Below are positions 1-10,421 of a stretch of 64,000 nt of DNA, one piece after another; positions within the stretch are counted from its first letter, which is position 1; the number at the start of each line of letters is the position of its first letter. Made by a program: the position numbers and the translations under genes. The DNA is taken from positions 3,298,813 to 3,362,812 of the forward strand of contig CBDFIQ010000002.1 of the NCBI GenBank assembly GCA_965248195.1, written 5' to 3'. The notes beneath the pieces are model-generated. The model saw only the letters and a program-made list of their open reading frames with translations. It did no database searches and had not been told where the DNA came from. The stretch is from Longimicrobiales bacterium. Lineage in GTDB: Bacteria > Gemmatimonadota > Gemmatimonadetes > Longimicrobiales > Gaopeijiaceae.

Positions 1-2977
1 GGTGCACGTCGTCGAGCTCTTGCTGGATCCCCTCTAGGTCCTCGCCGAACGATTCGGTGGTGGCGGTCTCCCGCAGGAACCGCTCGACGTCGGAGAGCTG
101 GAGATTGAGCCTTTGGACTGCCCGGCGGGCGTGGTACACGGGGGCCTGTAACTGGTACATGGACATCATGGCAGCCTGGCGGGCGGCCAGGTCCGCTCGC
201 GATACGTCGATGCGGGGGTCCTGCCGGACTGCGAGGTCGCCGAACATCGTAGTCTGGCCCACCTCCATCTGGATCTGATAAACGTTCGGGAGCACGGGCG
301 GCCCTCGGGCCGAGAGTCCTCCTCCTTCTGGTCCGTCCTCCTGCGGTTCGTAGGCGGGATCGATCCGGAAGTCCCAAAACACCTCATGTGCTCCGGGCGT
401 CGCGGGCCCCTCGACCGTTCGTACCTCCTGCCCCGTGGCGGTGAGGATTTTGATCTCGAGCTGCGGATCCTCATCCGAGGCCTCGTCTCCATCCTGGATG
501 TCGTGCTCCTCCCCCGGTTCTCCGCCGCCCACGTCGAGCCCTTCCGGAATCCAGTAGCGGAGACGGGCGCCGACGGGCGGATTGGGAAGTCTGAACTCGC
601 CGGAGGCGGTCCAATCCTGAATGTTGCGTCTCCTCCACTGGATGGCCCGCCCGCCCCGGAAAAGATACGGCGTGCCGGCCGTGACCGATCCGCTCACCAC
701 CTCTTCCAGCGCCCCGATGTCGTCGAGCACCCATATTCCGCGGCCGTGGGTTCCGATCAGGAGGTCGTCAACTGCGGAATTAACGCGGATGTCGTCGACG
801 GGGACGGTCGGGAGGCCGTTCATTAGCGGGTCCCATCGATCTCCGCCGTCCAACGACACGAACACTCCGACCTCGTTGCCGAGGAAGAGGAGGTCGCCTT
901 CGTCCGGATGTTCGGTCAGGACATTGACCGAAGTTTGGGGCAGTCCGTCGGTGATCGATCGCCAGCGCTCCCCGTAGTCGTCGCTCACGTAGGCGTACGG
1001 GGTGAAGTCCCCCGAGTAGTGTGCATCGAAGGTGGCGTAGACCCTGCCCGCTTCGGCGTTGGACGCGACGATACGACTCACATAAGTGTTGTCCGGCAAG
1101 TCCCGGACGTCCTCCGTCAGGTCGACCCAAGTGGCGCCGCCGTCCTGCGTCCCCATGACCCGTCCGTCGTCGCTACCCGTGTACAACACGTTCGGATTCA
1201 GAGGAGATTCGGCTATCACCGTCACCGTGCCGTAGAAGGACACGCCGTCGTGCCTCGAGAGCATCGAGTCGGAGGGGAGCACATCCATGATGGGCAGTTG
1301 CGAGCGGTCGATGTCGAACGTCAGGTCGGGGCTGATCTGAGTCCAGTTGACGCCTCGGTCGGTACTACGCAGGAGCATCTGACTACCCAAATAAATGGTG
1401 CTCGGATCGTGCACCGAAACCACCATTGGGGTATTCCAGTTAAATCTGTATTGGCGCGCCTCCTCGTCGGGATCGTCATCCGAGGCGTATTCCTTCTTGG
1501 GAATCGTGCCCTCGTTCAGCTCGAATCGGGGAGTAGGCCGAATAGACGCCCGCTCACCCGTGTCGGTGTCGAGCCGCCTGATGGATCCATTCTGGGACTC
1601 GACGTAGACGATGGTTGGATCGGTTGGGTCGATCTGAACGTAGAATCCGTCTCCGCCTCCGACGTTCTGCCAGTCGGCGTTTCGTATGCCCTGGTTATCG
1701 AGCGTATCCGTGGGCCCGCACCAGGTCCCGTTGTCTTGGAGACCACCACAGACCCAGTACGGACGCCTGTTGTCGAAGCCGATCTCGTAAAACTGAGCGA
1801 TCGGGAGGTTGTCATAGAACCGCCAGGTCTCGGAGCGGTCGAATGAAGTGGCAACACCACCATCGCTACCGAGAAGCAAGTGGTTGGAGTCGCTCGGATC
1901 GATCCAGAGCGCGTGGTGATCGAGATGGACGTTCCGCGCTCCCTCGTCGGTGAAGGTTTTCCCCCCGTCGTCGGACCGCATGAGATTCTGGCCACCGATG
2001 TAGACCCGGTCGGGGTCGTTCGGGTCGACCCGAATCTGGCTGAAGTACATCGGCCGCGGATTCGTGTCGGACAGCTTTTCCCAGGTGTCGCCCCGGTCGG
2101 TGGAGCTGTAGAGGCCCGTCTGGCCATGGCGGGCTTCGACGGTGGCGAAAACCAGGTTACCGTCTCGCCGGTAGATGTCGAGTCCGATGCGCCCCAGCTC
2201 TCCCTCCGGAAGTCCTTCTTGGAGGCGTGTCCAGCTCGCTCCGCTGTCCACCGTACGGTAGATACCGCTTCCCGGGCCACTGCCGTTGAAGCCCCACGCC
2301 GTGCGCCGGCGCGAATACATCGCTGCGAAGAGCGTATTCGGATCCGACGGGTCCATGGCCAGGTCGATGGCTCCGGTATGGGTGTCCAAGTACAGGACCA
2401 ACTCCCAGGTGTCACCGCCGTCGATCGTCTTGTAGACGCCGCGCTCCGGGCTCTCCTTCCAGAGGTTGCCGACGGCGGCGACGTACGCGACGTCGGAGTC
2501 CCGTGGGTGGACTTGGATTCGCGAGATGTGGCGTGTCTCCTGCAGACCCTTGTGGACCCACGTACGCCCCCCGTCCATCGACTTGAACACTCCGTCCCCC
2601 CACGGTGAACTTTGTCGGTTCTGGGGCTCCCCAGTTCCGACCCAAACCACGTTGGGATTCGAGGGGGCCAGCGTCACATCGCCGATCGACGCGGTGGACT
2701 CATCCGTGAAGATGGGCTCCCAGGTGGTGCCGTGGTTGGTGCTCTTCCAGATGCCCGAGGTTGCGGTGCCCACGTAGATGATGCGTGTGTCGGACTCGTC
2801 GACGGCAATGTCGCTCACGCGCCCTCCGACGACGGCCGGTCCGACCTCGCGCCATTCGAGGAAGGCGACCGGGGCGAGACCTTGCGGCATCCCGTCGTCT
2901 TGAGCGTGTGCCGGTGACCCCAAGGGAAGCAAGAGGGCCGTAGCGCCGACGCACAGTGAAGCACACGCTATTCTCAT
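1..2977 (-). CDS. VPS10/sortilin-like BNR (Asp-box) repeat protein, putative glycosyl hydrolase; 3' end beyond left edge
   Basis: Not in ORF track (no stop in window). Manual translation from ATG 2977: MRIACASLCVGATALLLPLGSPAHAQ...WREVGPAVVGGRVSDIAV...IYVGTATSGIWKSTNHGTTW; repeated S.DGG.TW boxes; AGAAGGA RBS. Confidence 0.85.
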   Translation of the reverse strand, partial: MRIACASLCVGATALLLPLGSPAHAQDDGMPQGLAPVAFLEWREVGPAVVGGRVSDIAVDESDTRIIYVGTATSGIWKSTNHGTTWEPIFTDESTASIGDVTLAPSNPNVVWVGTGEPQNRQSSPWGDGVFKSMDGGRTWVHKGLQETRHISRIQVHPRDSDVAYVAAVGNLWKESPERGVYKTIDGGDTWELVLYLDTHTGAIDLAMDPSDPNTLFAAMYSRRRTAWGFNGSGPGSGIYRTVDSGASWTRLQEGLPEGELGRIGLDIYRRDGNLVFATVEARHGQTGLYSSTDRGDTWEKLSDTNPRPMYFSQIRVDPNDPDRVYIGGQNLMRSDDGGKTFTDEGARNVHLDHHALWIDPSDSNHLLLGSDGGVATSFDRSETWRFYDNLPIAQFYEIGFDNRRPYWVCGGLQDNGTWCGPTDTLDNQGIRNADWQNVGGGDGFYVQIDPTDPTIVYVESQNGSIRRLDTDTGERASIRPTPRFELNEGTIPKKEYASDDDPDEEARQYRFNWNTPMVVSVHDPSTIYLGSQMLLRSTDRGVNWTQISPDLTFDIDRSQLPIMDVLPSDSMLSRHDGVSFYGTVTVIAESPLNPNVLYTGSDDGRVMGTQDGGATWVDLTEDVRDLPDNTYVSRIVASNAEAGRVYATFDAHYSGDFTPYAYVSDDYGERWRSITDGLPQTSVNVLTEHPDEGDLLFLGNEVGVFVSLDGGDRWDPLMNGLPTVPVDDIRVNSAVDDLLIGTHGRGIWVLDDIGALEEVVSGSVTAGTPYLFRGGRAIQWRRRNIQDWTASGEFRLPNPPVGARLRYWIPEGLDVGGGEPGEEHDIQDGDEASDEDPQLEIKILTATGQEVRTVEGPATPGAHEVFWDFRIDPAYEPQEDGPEGGGLSARGPPVLPNVYQIQMEVGQTTMFGDLAVRQDPRIDVSRADLAARQAAMMSMYQLQAPVYHARRAVQRLNLQLSDVERFLRETATTESFGEDLEGIQQELDDVH

Positions 2978-3209
2978 GGTCGATCCTTCTAGATGAACGC
3001 AGGGCCTATTTAGATGCCAGCCACTGGGCCACAGGCGGCGGGGCCACCAATCCTAGGGCCGATCTTTAAAGATGGACGAAGCCAACGCGCCGGGCAAAGG
3101 GGCTCCGGTGCCTCGCTCCCCGCGCGCACCCTGTTGAGCCTCAGTTTGGGTGGCGTCGGCACTCGCCTACAGCGTTGGGGCGTATGTGGCGGGGCTGACT
3201 TGAAGACGA

Positions 3210-3242
3210 ACGGCTCCCCAGCCCTGAGGGCCGGGGAGCCGT
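3210..3242 (-). terminator. Hairpin, possible terminator after the outer-membrane protein gene
   Basis: ACGGCTCCCC...GGGGAGCCGT inverted repeat; weak U-tract. Confidence 0.4.
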
Positions 3243-3395
3243 GTCTAAGGGATGAGCGTTGTTCTGACGGTGTGTTAGGGCTGATCAGCCGGCCCGCCCG
3301 AACAAAACGCCTCCAGTGCTACGGTCAGCTGCCCACCATGTAGTGCACGCCGATGGCGAACCCGAAGGGCGACCCACCCTCAACGTTCACCCAAG

Positions 3396-4771
3396 GGTCA
3401 AGTCCCGATTTGTGTGTAAAAGCGGAGGAAGCTCCTCGCCTTCGGCTAGGCTGCTTGGGCGACCTCCTGTTTCTGGAGGAGTGAGAGGTCGAGGTAACGC
3501 CGGTCGCCCCAGACGTGTGTGGTCCTGAGTGCGACGGCCGTGATGAGCCTGAGGGCGCTGGCCCGGTCCGGGAAGGCGCCGGCGGCCTTGATCCTGCGTT
3601 TGATCTCGCCGTGCAGCCGCTCGAGGCTGTTGGTGGTACGCAGCCGGGGCCAGTGCGCCTCGGGGAACGCGTAGAACTGCGTCGCTGCCCCGAAGCCCCG
3701 CTCCAGGACCTCCACGGCCTCGGGCAGCTCCTTCTTCCAGCGTGCGCCGAACTCGCCCAGGAGCTTCTTCGCCTCGGCGAGTCCGGATGTCTGGAAGATC
3801 ACCGAGACCTCACGCGCCACGCGCTTGCGTAGGCGGTGGGGGACCCTCGCCCCCACATTACGCTGCAGATGGACCGTACACCTCTGACGGCGTGCCTCGG
3901 GCAGGAAGCGGCGGACCGCAGCTGCCAGGCCTGCGTGCTCATCGGCGATCACGAGCTCGACACCGCCGAGGCCGCGGTCCTGGAGTTGCTCGAGGAGCTC
4001 CGACCAGCTCTGCTGCGACTCCTCAGCGCCCAGCGTGACGGCCAGGAGCCGTCGGTGACCCTCAGGGCCCACTGCATACGCCACGAGCGCACTCACGTTC
4101 TCGACTTTGCGGGCCCAGCGGGCGTCCAAGAACGTGGCGTCCAGGTACAGATAGGGGTGAGGCCCCTCGATCGGCGCACGGCGCAGCCCTTCCACGGCCT
4201 CGTCGAGCCGTTTTGCCACACGACTCACCGTCGAGCGCCCAACACGCTCGCCCATCAGCGCCTCGGTGACGTCGCCCATCTTGCGCTGTGACACGCCGCT
4301 CACATACGCCTCGACCATCATCTCGTCGAGCTCGGGGCTCCTGCGCTGGTAGCGGCCGATCACGTCGGCCGGCGAACCGTTGTCCCGGCTCCGGGGCATG
4401 GCGACCTCGATCTGCCCCAGGCTCGTCAGCAGCCGCCTCAGGTATGTGCCGTTCCTATGGTCCTTCCGGCTTCCCACCCGCTCGAAGCGGCGTGCACCTA
4501 CCATGGCCTTCAGCTCCTCTTCCAGCACCATCTCGAGCGTCAGCCGGATCGCGCCTTGAAACAGCTCGCGCAAATCATCGCGTAGCTCGTCTTGCGTGGC
4601 CCGACCGATCTCCACAATCTCTTGCATCGGAAGCTCCTCTCCGGTTCCGAGCCTGCTCTGCAGACCCGGACTCCCGGGTTCATGTGACAGTGAACAACAA
4701 CAGAGGAGCTTCCGTTTTTCTTTCCCTCCTGTCCAGCTTATCCGCTTTTACACAAATCTAGGGACACTACC
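3396..4771 (-). mobile_element. IS256-family element, copy 1 (1376 bp)
   Basis: Ends GGTAGTGTCCCTAGATTTGTGTAAA / TTTTACACACAAATCGGGACTTGACC shared by four copies. Confidence 0.95.
3446..4627 (-). CDS. IS256-family (mutator) transposase
   Basis: 393 aa; RNG..R.L.T..G, YLDAT, ELVIAD.H.GL, QRC.VH, RTTN.LER motifs. Confidence 0.95.
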   Translation of the reverse strand: MQEIVEIGRATQDELRDDLRELFQGAIRLTLEMVLEEELKAMVGARRFERVGSRKDHRNGTYLRRLLTSLGQIEVAMPRSRDNGSPADVIGRYQRRSPELDEMMVEAYVSGVSQRKMGDVTEALMGERVGRSTVSRVAKRLDEAVEGLRRAPIEGPHPYLYLDATFLDARWARKVENVSALVAYAVGPEGHRRLLAVTLGAEESQQSWSELLEQLQDRGLGGVELVIADEHAGLAAAVRRFLPEARRQRCTVHLQRNVGARVPHRLRKRVAREVSVIFQTSGLAEAKKLLGEFGARWKKELPEAVEVLERGFGAATQFYAFPEAHWPRLRTTNSLERLHGEIKRRIKAAGAFPDRASALRLITAVALRTTHVWGDRRYLDLSLLQKQEVAQAA

Positions 4772-5529
4772 CACCCAATCGATCGCTAGGTGAGCGCCGG
4801 CCCCGCTCTCGCTCGTGACCGAAAGACCAGCCGCCGCACCCAAGTTCGAGCTGGTGGTGCTGACGCCGCCAATAGAGGCTCTGGATATGTCGAGACGGGG
4901 CATCAGCCAGGGCGTTACCGTAGTGGCGTTGCCACTGGGGCGGCCCTGTATCGCTAGGCCGATCGGGAAGTTCATGATCGATAGGGACTCGGTCAGGACA
5001 TCCAAAGACGCCCACCCGAAGCCACCCTGAAGGCTCACCTGAACGGGCGTACTGTCGTCACTGAGCAGATGAACGGCCATGTTGGCACCGAGCGTCAACT
5101 GATCAGTGTCGCTCGCCACGTAGCCGGCCATACCCATGAAGGAAACCTTCTCCATGGCTCTTCCGACTCCGGCTGCGAAAGAGTTTTGTTTTCCGGAGTT
5201 GTCATTGAGTCCGCGGGCGGACTGTGCCGCAACGAAGGTTGTTCCCGCGGCATCGCCCGCCGGCAACGCCTGGACGGGGTGGTTGAGCAGCTGCCCCATA
5301 GCCGGCGTCGCGACCAAGAGCGCCGCGATCCATGCGAACGAAAAAACAAATTTGTGTTGATTCATCTCGAATCCTTTTGTTAACGGAGGTGGAAGATCGG
5401 CTCAGCCGTACCGGGAGGCATCCGTACGATGTGCCTGGCGCGGAGGTGTTCTTCGGCCCTCTCTGCCAACGTACGTGAGACACGGAGCACGCAAAGAATT
5501 AGAGTAGGGCGAAGGCAGAGAAAACGAAC

Positions 5530-5979
5530 ATGTTGGGACTGCGAGAGAGAATGGAAGAGAATGGTAGTGCCCCTGGAATCGGGGAGGCCAAGCGAAGCGC
5601 GGCAGCTCCTGCGGACCCGGAGGTAGTAGATAGGCCGCTACGCCGGCGGTTCAGTCCATCGTACAAGCTGCGGATCGTCGAAGAAGCGGACCGGTGCACC
5701 GAGCCCGGCGAGGTGGGTCAGCTCCTGCGGCGCGAGGGCCTGTACTCGTCGCACCTGACGACGTGGCGCAAGGCGGCGCATAGCGGGTCGCTGAAGGCCC
5801 TGTCGAAGAAACGCGGCCGCAAGCCGGAGCGGAATCCGCTGGATGAGAAGGTACGCAAGCTGGAGCGGCAAAACGCACGGCTCGAGAATGAGCTCAGGAA
5901 GGCACACCTGATCATCGACGTGCAGGGAAAAGTTGCGGGGCTGCTGGGGATAAGCCTCGACGACGGGACGAACTCTTGA
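5530..5979 (+). CDS. IS3-family OrfA (HTH)
   Basis: RRRFSPSYKLRIVEEADRC...LLRREGLYSSHLTTWR plus coiled coil; start may be 5551. Confidence 0.85.
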   Translation: MLGLRERMEENGSAPGIGEAKRSAAAPADPEVVDRPLRRRFSPSYKLRIVEEADRCTEPGEVGQLLRREGLYSSHLTTWRKAAHSGSLKALSKKRGRKPERNPLDEKVRKLERQNARLENELRKAHLIIDVQGKVAGLLGISLDDGTNS

Positions 5980-6983
5980 AGGCGGCCGATGAGCTGGCTA
6001 AGCACGTCGGTGTAAAACCGGCGTGCGCGGCTCTCGAGGTCTCCCGATCGACGTTCTACCGTCGTCGAGGCCCATCGACCGGGCAACGGCAGCCCCGCCC
6101 GACGCCCGCCCGGGCATTGAGCGAGACGGAACGAGGCGAGGTCTTCGACACGCTGTGTTCGGAGCGGTTCGTGGACCGCTCACCCGCCGAGGTGGTGGCC
6201 ACGCTGCTCGACGAAGAGGTCTACCTGTGCAGCGAACGCACGATGTATCGTGTTCTGGCCTCCGAGGTGCCGGTTCAGGAACGCCGGGCGCAGCGCACCC
6301 ATCCCGAGTACAAGAAGCCCGAGTTGATGGCCACGGCGCCGAACCAGGTGTGGTCCTGGGATATCACGCGGCTACTCGGGCCGAAGAAGTGGAGCTATTA
6401 CTACCTCTACGTCATCATGGACATCTACAGCCGCTACGTCGTGGGCTGGATGGTGGCGGACCGGGAGAACTCGGCCCTGGCCGGCCGGTTGATCCAGCAG
6501 AGCTGCCTGAAGCATGGCGTCCAGCCCCGGGTCCTGACCCTGCACTCGGATCGGGGAGCTCCAATGACGAGCCAATGCACCGCTCAACTTCTCGCTGACC
6601 TCGGCGTGACTCGCTCGTTGAGCCGGCCTCAGGTGTCGGATGACAACCCGTTTTCCGAGGCTCAGTTCAAAACCTTGAAGTACCATCCCTCGTTTCCCGG
6701 GCGGTTCGGGGATCAGGGCCAGGCCAAGACGTTGTGTCGATCGTTCTTCCGCTGGTACAATGCCGAGCACCGCCATGGCGGTATCTCGATGCTAACCCCC
6801 GAGCAGGTCCACTTCGGGAACGCCGATCAGGTCATTGCCGGCAGGAAATCCGTGCTCCGCGAAGCATGGGCCGCTCATCCCGAACGCTTCGTCACAGGTG
6901 TGCCGAAGCCCAAACCGCTCCCGGAGGCCGTCTACATCAATCCTCCCATCCCTTCCCTCACCACACAGGATATTGCTCTCTAA
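5976..6983 (+). CDS. IS3-family OrfB, rve integrase DDE transposase
   Basis: PNQVWSWDIT, LHSDRG, DNPFSEAQFKTLKY; TTGA overlap with orfA. Confidence 0.92.
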   Translation: MKAADELAKHVGVKPACAALEVSRSTFYRRRGPSTGQRQPRPTPARALSETERGEVFDTLCSERFVDRSPAEVVATLLDEEVYLCSERTMYRVLASEVPVQERRAQRTHPEYKKPELMATAPNQVWSWDITRLLGPKKWSYYYLYVIMDIYSRYVVGWMVADRENSALAGRLIQQSCLKHGVQPRVLTLHSDRGAPMTSQCTAQLLADLGVTRSLSRPQVSDDNPFSEAQFKTLKYHPSFPGRFGDQGQAKTLCRSFFRWYNAEHRHGGISMLTPEQVHFGNADQVIAGRKSVLREAWAAHPERFVTGVPKPKPLPEAVYINPPIPSLTTQDIAL

Positions 6984-7206
6984 TTAATCCCGTAGAGTGT
7001 CCCATTGTCGTTGACAGGTTCCGCGGCGCCTGTACTAAATCCCTTACGGCTAGTGGTTGGAGTCAAGCCTTTTTTCTCGTGCGTTTCTCTCTCTGATGGA
7101 CTTCCACTGGGCCATGAGGCGAGAAACACCGCGTCAATGCTCGGCTTCCGCCACCTCACGGTTCATCGTGACCACCGTTCCGAAGACGCGCCTCGGAAGT
7201 AGCCGG

Positions 7207-8582
7207 GGTAGTGTCCCTAGATTTGTGTAAAAGCGGATAAGCTGGACAGGAGGGAAAGAAAAACGGAAGCTCCTCTGTTGTTGTTCACTGTCACATGAAC
7301 CCGGGAGTCCGGGTCTGCAGAGCAGGCTCGGAACCGGAGAGGAGCTTCCGATGCAAGAGATTGTGGAGATCGGTCGGGCCACGCAAGACGAGCTACGCGA
7401 TGATTTGCGCGAGCTGTTTCAAGGCGCGATCCGGCTGACGCTCGAGATGGTGCTGGAAGAGGAGCTGAAGGCCATGGTAGGTGCACGCCGCTTCGAGCGG
7501 GTGGGAAGCCGGAAGGACCATAGGAACGGCACATACCTGAGGCGGCTGCTGACGAGCCTGGGGCAGATCGAGGTCGCCATGCCCCGGAGCCGGGACAACG
7601 GTTCGCCGGCCGACGTGATCGGCCGCTACCAGCGCAGGAGCCCCGAGCTCGACGAGATGATGGTCGAGGCGTATGTGAGCGGCGTGTCACAGCGCAAGAT
7701 GGGCGACGTCACCGAGGCGCTGATGGGCGAGCGTGTTGGGCGCTCGACGGTGAGTCGTGTGGCAAAACGGCTCGACGAGGCCGTGGAAGGGCTGCGCCGT
7801 GCGCCGATCGAGGGGCCTCACCCCTATCTGTACCTGGACGCCACGTTCTTGGACGCCCGCTGGGCCCGCAAAGTCGAGAACGTGAGTGCGCTCGTGGCGT
7901 ATGCAGTGGGCCCTGAGGGTCACCGACGGCTCCTGGCCGTCACGCTGGGCGCTGAGGAGTCGCAGCAGAGCTGGTCGGAGCTCCTCGAGCAACTCCAGGA
8001 CCGCGGCCTCGGCGGTGTCGAGCTCGTGATCGCCGATGAGCACGCAGGCCTGGCAGCTGCGGTCCGCCGCTTCCTGCCCGAGGCACGCCGTCAGAGGTGT
8101 ACGGTCCATCTGCAGCGTAATGTGGGGGCGAGGGTCCCCCACCGCCTACGCAAGCGCGTGGCGCGTGAGGTCTCGGTGATCTTCCAGACATCCGGACTCG
8201 CCGAGGCGAAGAAGCTCCTGGGCGAGTTCGGCGCACGCTGGAAGAAGGAGCTGCCCGAGGCCGTGGAGGTCCTGGAGCGGGGCTTCGGGGCAGCGACGCA
8301 GTTCTACGCGTTCCCCGAGGCGCACTGGCCCCGGCTGCGTACCACCAACAGCCTCGAGCGGCTGCACGGCGAGATCAAACGCAGGATCAAGGCCGCCGGC
8401 GCCTTCCCGGACCGGGCCAGCGCCCTCAGGCTCATCACGGCCGTCGCACTCAGGACCACACACGTCTGGGGCGACCGGCGTTACCTCGACCTCTCACTCC
8501 TCCAGAAACAGGAGGTCGCCCAAGCAGCCTAGCCGAAGGCGAGGAGCTTCCTCCGCTTTTACACACAAATCGGGACTTGACC
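7207..8582 (+). mobile_element. IS256-family element, copy 2 (no target duplication)
   Basis: Same ends and length as copy 1. Confidence 0.95.
7351..8532 (+). CDS. IS256-family transposase
   Basis: Identical 393-aa protein. Confidence 0.95.
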   Translation: MQEIVEIGRATQDELRDDLRELFQGAIRLTLEMVLEEELKAMVGARRFERVGSRKDHRNGTYLRRLLTSLGQIEVAMPRSRDNGSPADVIGRYQRRSPELDEMMVEAYVSGVSQRKMGDVTEALMGERVGRSTVSRVAKRLDEAVEGLRRAPIEGPHPYLYLDATFLDARWARKVENVSALVAYAVGPEGHRRLLAVTLGAEESQQSWSELLEQLQDRGLGGVELVIADEHAGLAAAVRRFLPEARRQRCTVHLQRNVGARVPHRLRKRVAREVSVIFQTSGLAEAKKLLGEFGARWKKELPEAVEVLERGFGAATQFYAFPEAHWPRLRTTNSLERLHGEIKRRIKAAGAFPDRASALRLITAVALRTTHVWGDRRYLDLSLLQKQEVAQAA

Positions 8583-8930
8583 GGTGTGCATCGATTGGTT
8601 CTCGGATCGACGGGGCATGACGGACGCCGAGCGGCAGACGAGATCGTGACCTACCTCAAGAAAGGGTACTCGACGGTCATCGCTCCGGACGGACCGAGTG
8701 GGCCCGCACGAAAACTGTGGAAGGGCGTTCTTCACATGGCCCTTCAGAGCGGCGTGCCGATCATACCTCTGCACATTTCAGCGACGAGATGCCTACGGTC
8801 CAGGTCCTGGGATCGGAAGATGCAGCCCTTGCCCTTTTCGACGATAAACGTGGTGGTCGGATCCCCAATCGTCGTGACAGCGAGCACTTTCGATGAGAGC
8901 TTTGAAGTACTTACCCACGCATTGGGGTAG
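8583..8930 (+). pseudogene. 3' half of DUF374/lysophospholipid acyltransferase-family gene
   Basis: GST...G...IAPDGPSGP...GVLHMALQSGVPIIP...SWDRKMQPLPFS; begins abruptly at the IS end. Confidence 0.75.
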
Positions 8931-8975
8931 ACGTAGAATCGCGCAGCTGGTTCAAAAACTCATCAGGTCGCACCG

Positions 8976-9734
8976 ATGGTGAACAAAATTCTTCTCGTAC
9001 CGATGACCTGCGCGCTTTTATGGGTCTTGTCCGGTTGTTTGTCTCCACCCCCAGATGGGGCGGAATCTGTCATCGTCGTGCACGGCCTAGGCCGTACCCC
9101 CGCATCGATGACGATTCTTGTATCGCGCCTCAAAAACGCCGGTTTTCGAGTAGTCAGTTTTGGATATCCTTCGACATCGGAGCCCATGGAGGCCCTCGTC
9201 GATCGGCTCCAAGCCGAAGTAGGGCGGTGCTGTGGGAACGAGACAGAGGCCGTGCATTTCGTCACCCACTCGATGGGGGGAGTGTTGGTCCGGAGCTATC
9301 TCAGCCAGCAGCCCGAGGCGCATCAGGGGCGTGTTGTGATGTTGAGTCCCCCGAGCCAGGGGAGCGAGCTCGTGGACGCCTTCGCCGACTCTCCACTCCG
9401 TCGACTGTTTTTCGGTCCCGCCGGCGCGCAACTCGGGACCGACTCCGCGGGCATCACGAGTCGGCTGGGCCCGGTACGATTCGGCCTGGGTATCGTCACC
9501 GGCGATCGGAGCATAAACCCGCTGGGTTCGTGGCTCATTCCAGGGCCAGATGATGGCAAGGTCGGCGTTGACCGGGCCATGGTCGATGGGGCGACGGACT
9601 TCATGGTGGTCTCCGCAACCCACACCTTCATCATGAACCGCAAGGATGTGGCTGAAGAGGTCGTACACTTTCTCCGGAACGGTGAGTTCCGCTCGGAGCC
9701 GAAGGGCGAGTTCCGCTCGGAGCCTGAGCTCTAG
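8976..9734 (+). CDS. Alpha/beta hydrolase lipoprotein (lipase/esterase-like)
   Basis: Lipobox LSGC, VHGLGR, VTHSMGG nucleophile elbow, DDGKV, HTFIM. Confidence 0.85.
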   Translation: MVNKILLVPMTCALLWVLSGCLSPPPDGAESVIVVHGLGRTPASMTILVSRLKNAGFRVVSFGYPSTSEPMEALVDRLQAEVGRCCGNETEAVHFVTHSMGGVLVRSYLSQQPEAHQGRVVMLSPPSQGSELVDAFADSPLRRLFFGPAGAQLGTDSAGITSRLGPVRFGLGIVTGDRSINPLGSWLIPGPDDGKVGVDRAMVDGATDFMVVSATHTFIMNRKDVAEEVVHFLRNGEFRSEPKGEFRSEPEL

Positions 9735-9778
9735 TTACCCGACGCGTTCCCGCGGGAACGTTTTCTGGAGGATCCCCG

Positions 9779-10279
9779 TCAGGCCGGTGGAACGCCTTCC
9801 GGCTCCGGCATGGCCGCCAGGCGAAGGTATGCGACCAGGAGGACCGCGGCGAAGAGGTTCACCCCCGCCACCGTAACCGGTCCCAGGGACTCCAGGGCCA
9901 CGACCGAGCCCGAGCCGGCAACGGTCGCGGAGAACGCGGCGGTGCAGAGGACCGCCACGGCGAGGAGTGCCTTGAGGCCGGCGCCGTGCTTCCAGTCGAA
10001 GAGAAAGGACGCCAAGACACCAACCAGGGCGAAGGTCAGGAAGTGCAGCAGGGTGAAGGTCGCGATCCGGAAGGCCGTCGATAAGCCGGCGACGAGACCC
10101 GAGAAGCTGGTGAGATTCCACTCCAGGCCGGCGGGGCCGAAGACGGCTCCCGACAGGGCGCCCGGCGTGGCAAAGGGCTGAAGCCGCATCAGATCGAGAA
10201 CGAAGAAGGAGAGAGCTACCCCGACGGCGGCGACGGCTCCAGCCTGCGCTCCCCTGACTGCGCGACCGAATTTGTCCAT
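9779..10279 (-). CDS. Hypothetical membrane protein
   Basis: About 4 hydrophobic segments; GGAG RBS. Confidence 0.65.
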   Translation of the reverse strand: MDKFGRAVRGAQAGAVAAVGVALSFFVLDLMRLQPFATPGALSGAVFGPAGLEWNLTSFSGLVAGLSTAFRIATFTLLHFLTFALVGVLASFLFDWKHGAGLKALLAVAVLCTAAFSATVAGSGSVVALESLGPVTVAGVNLFAAVLLVAYLRLAAMPEPEGVPPA

Positions 10280-10421
10280 GGCTCGGCTCCCTGAAGCGTC
10301 GATTCCCCCTCCCCACCGACCCGTTACTCAACCTGGGCCTAGCCGCGCTCCCTCGCAAGCAGGCGGGCCTGCACCCTGCGCTTCTTGCAGCTTCGCCCCG
10401 GTCGGAGGCATCTTGTCCGGC

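Larger units (their letters stand above)
3325..5365 (-). pseudogene. Secreted/outer-membrane beta-barrel-like protein interrupted by IS256 copy 1
   Basis: Signal peptide MNQHKFVFSFAWIAALLVATPAMG; reading frame ...HLAIDWV resumes beyond the IS as NVEGGSPFGFAIGVHYMVGS* (stop 3325). Confidence 0.7.
5464..7016 (+). mobile_element. IS3-family element
   Basis: orfA/orfB pair; imperfect 20-bp IRs TGCCAACGTACGTGAGACAC (5464) / GTGTCCCATTGTCGTTGACA (6997-7016), 14/20 match, TG..CA ends; exact ends uncertain. Confidence 0.75.

Noticed and set aside
908..2917. Long plus-strand ORFs (312, 242 aa and others)
   Set aside because: Antisense shadows of the minus-strand VPS10 gene in GC-rich DNA.
3396..8582. 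Composite transposon or inversion between inverted IS256 copies 1 and 2
   Set aside because: Copy 1 flanks rejoin one gene and the outer flanks share no TSD.
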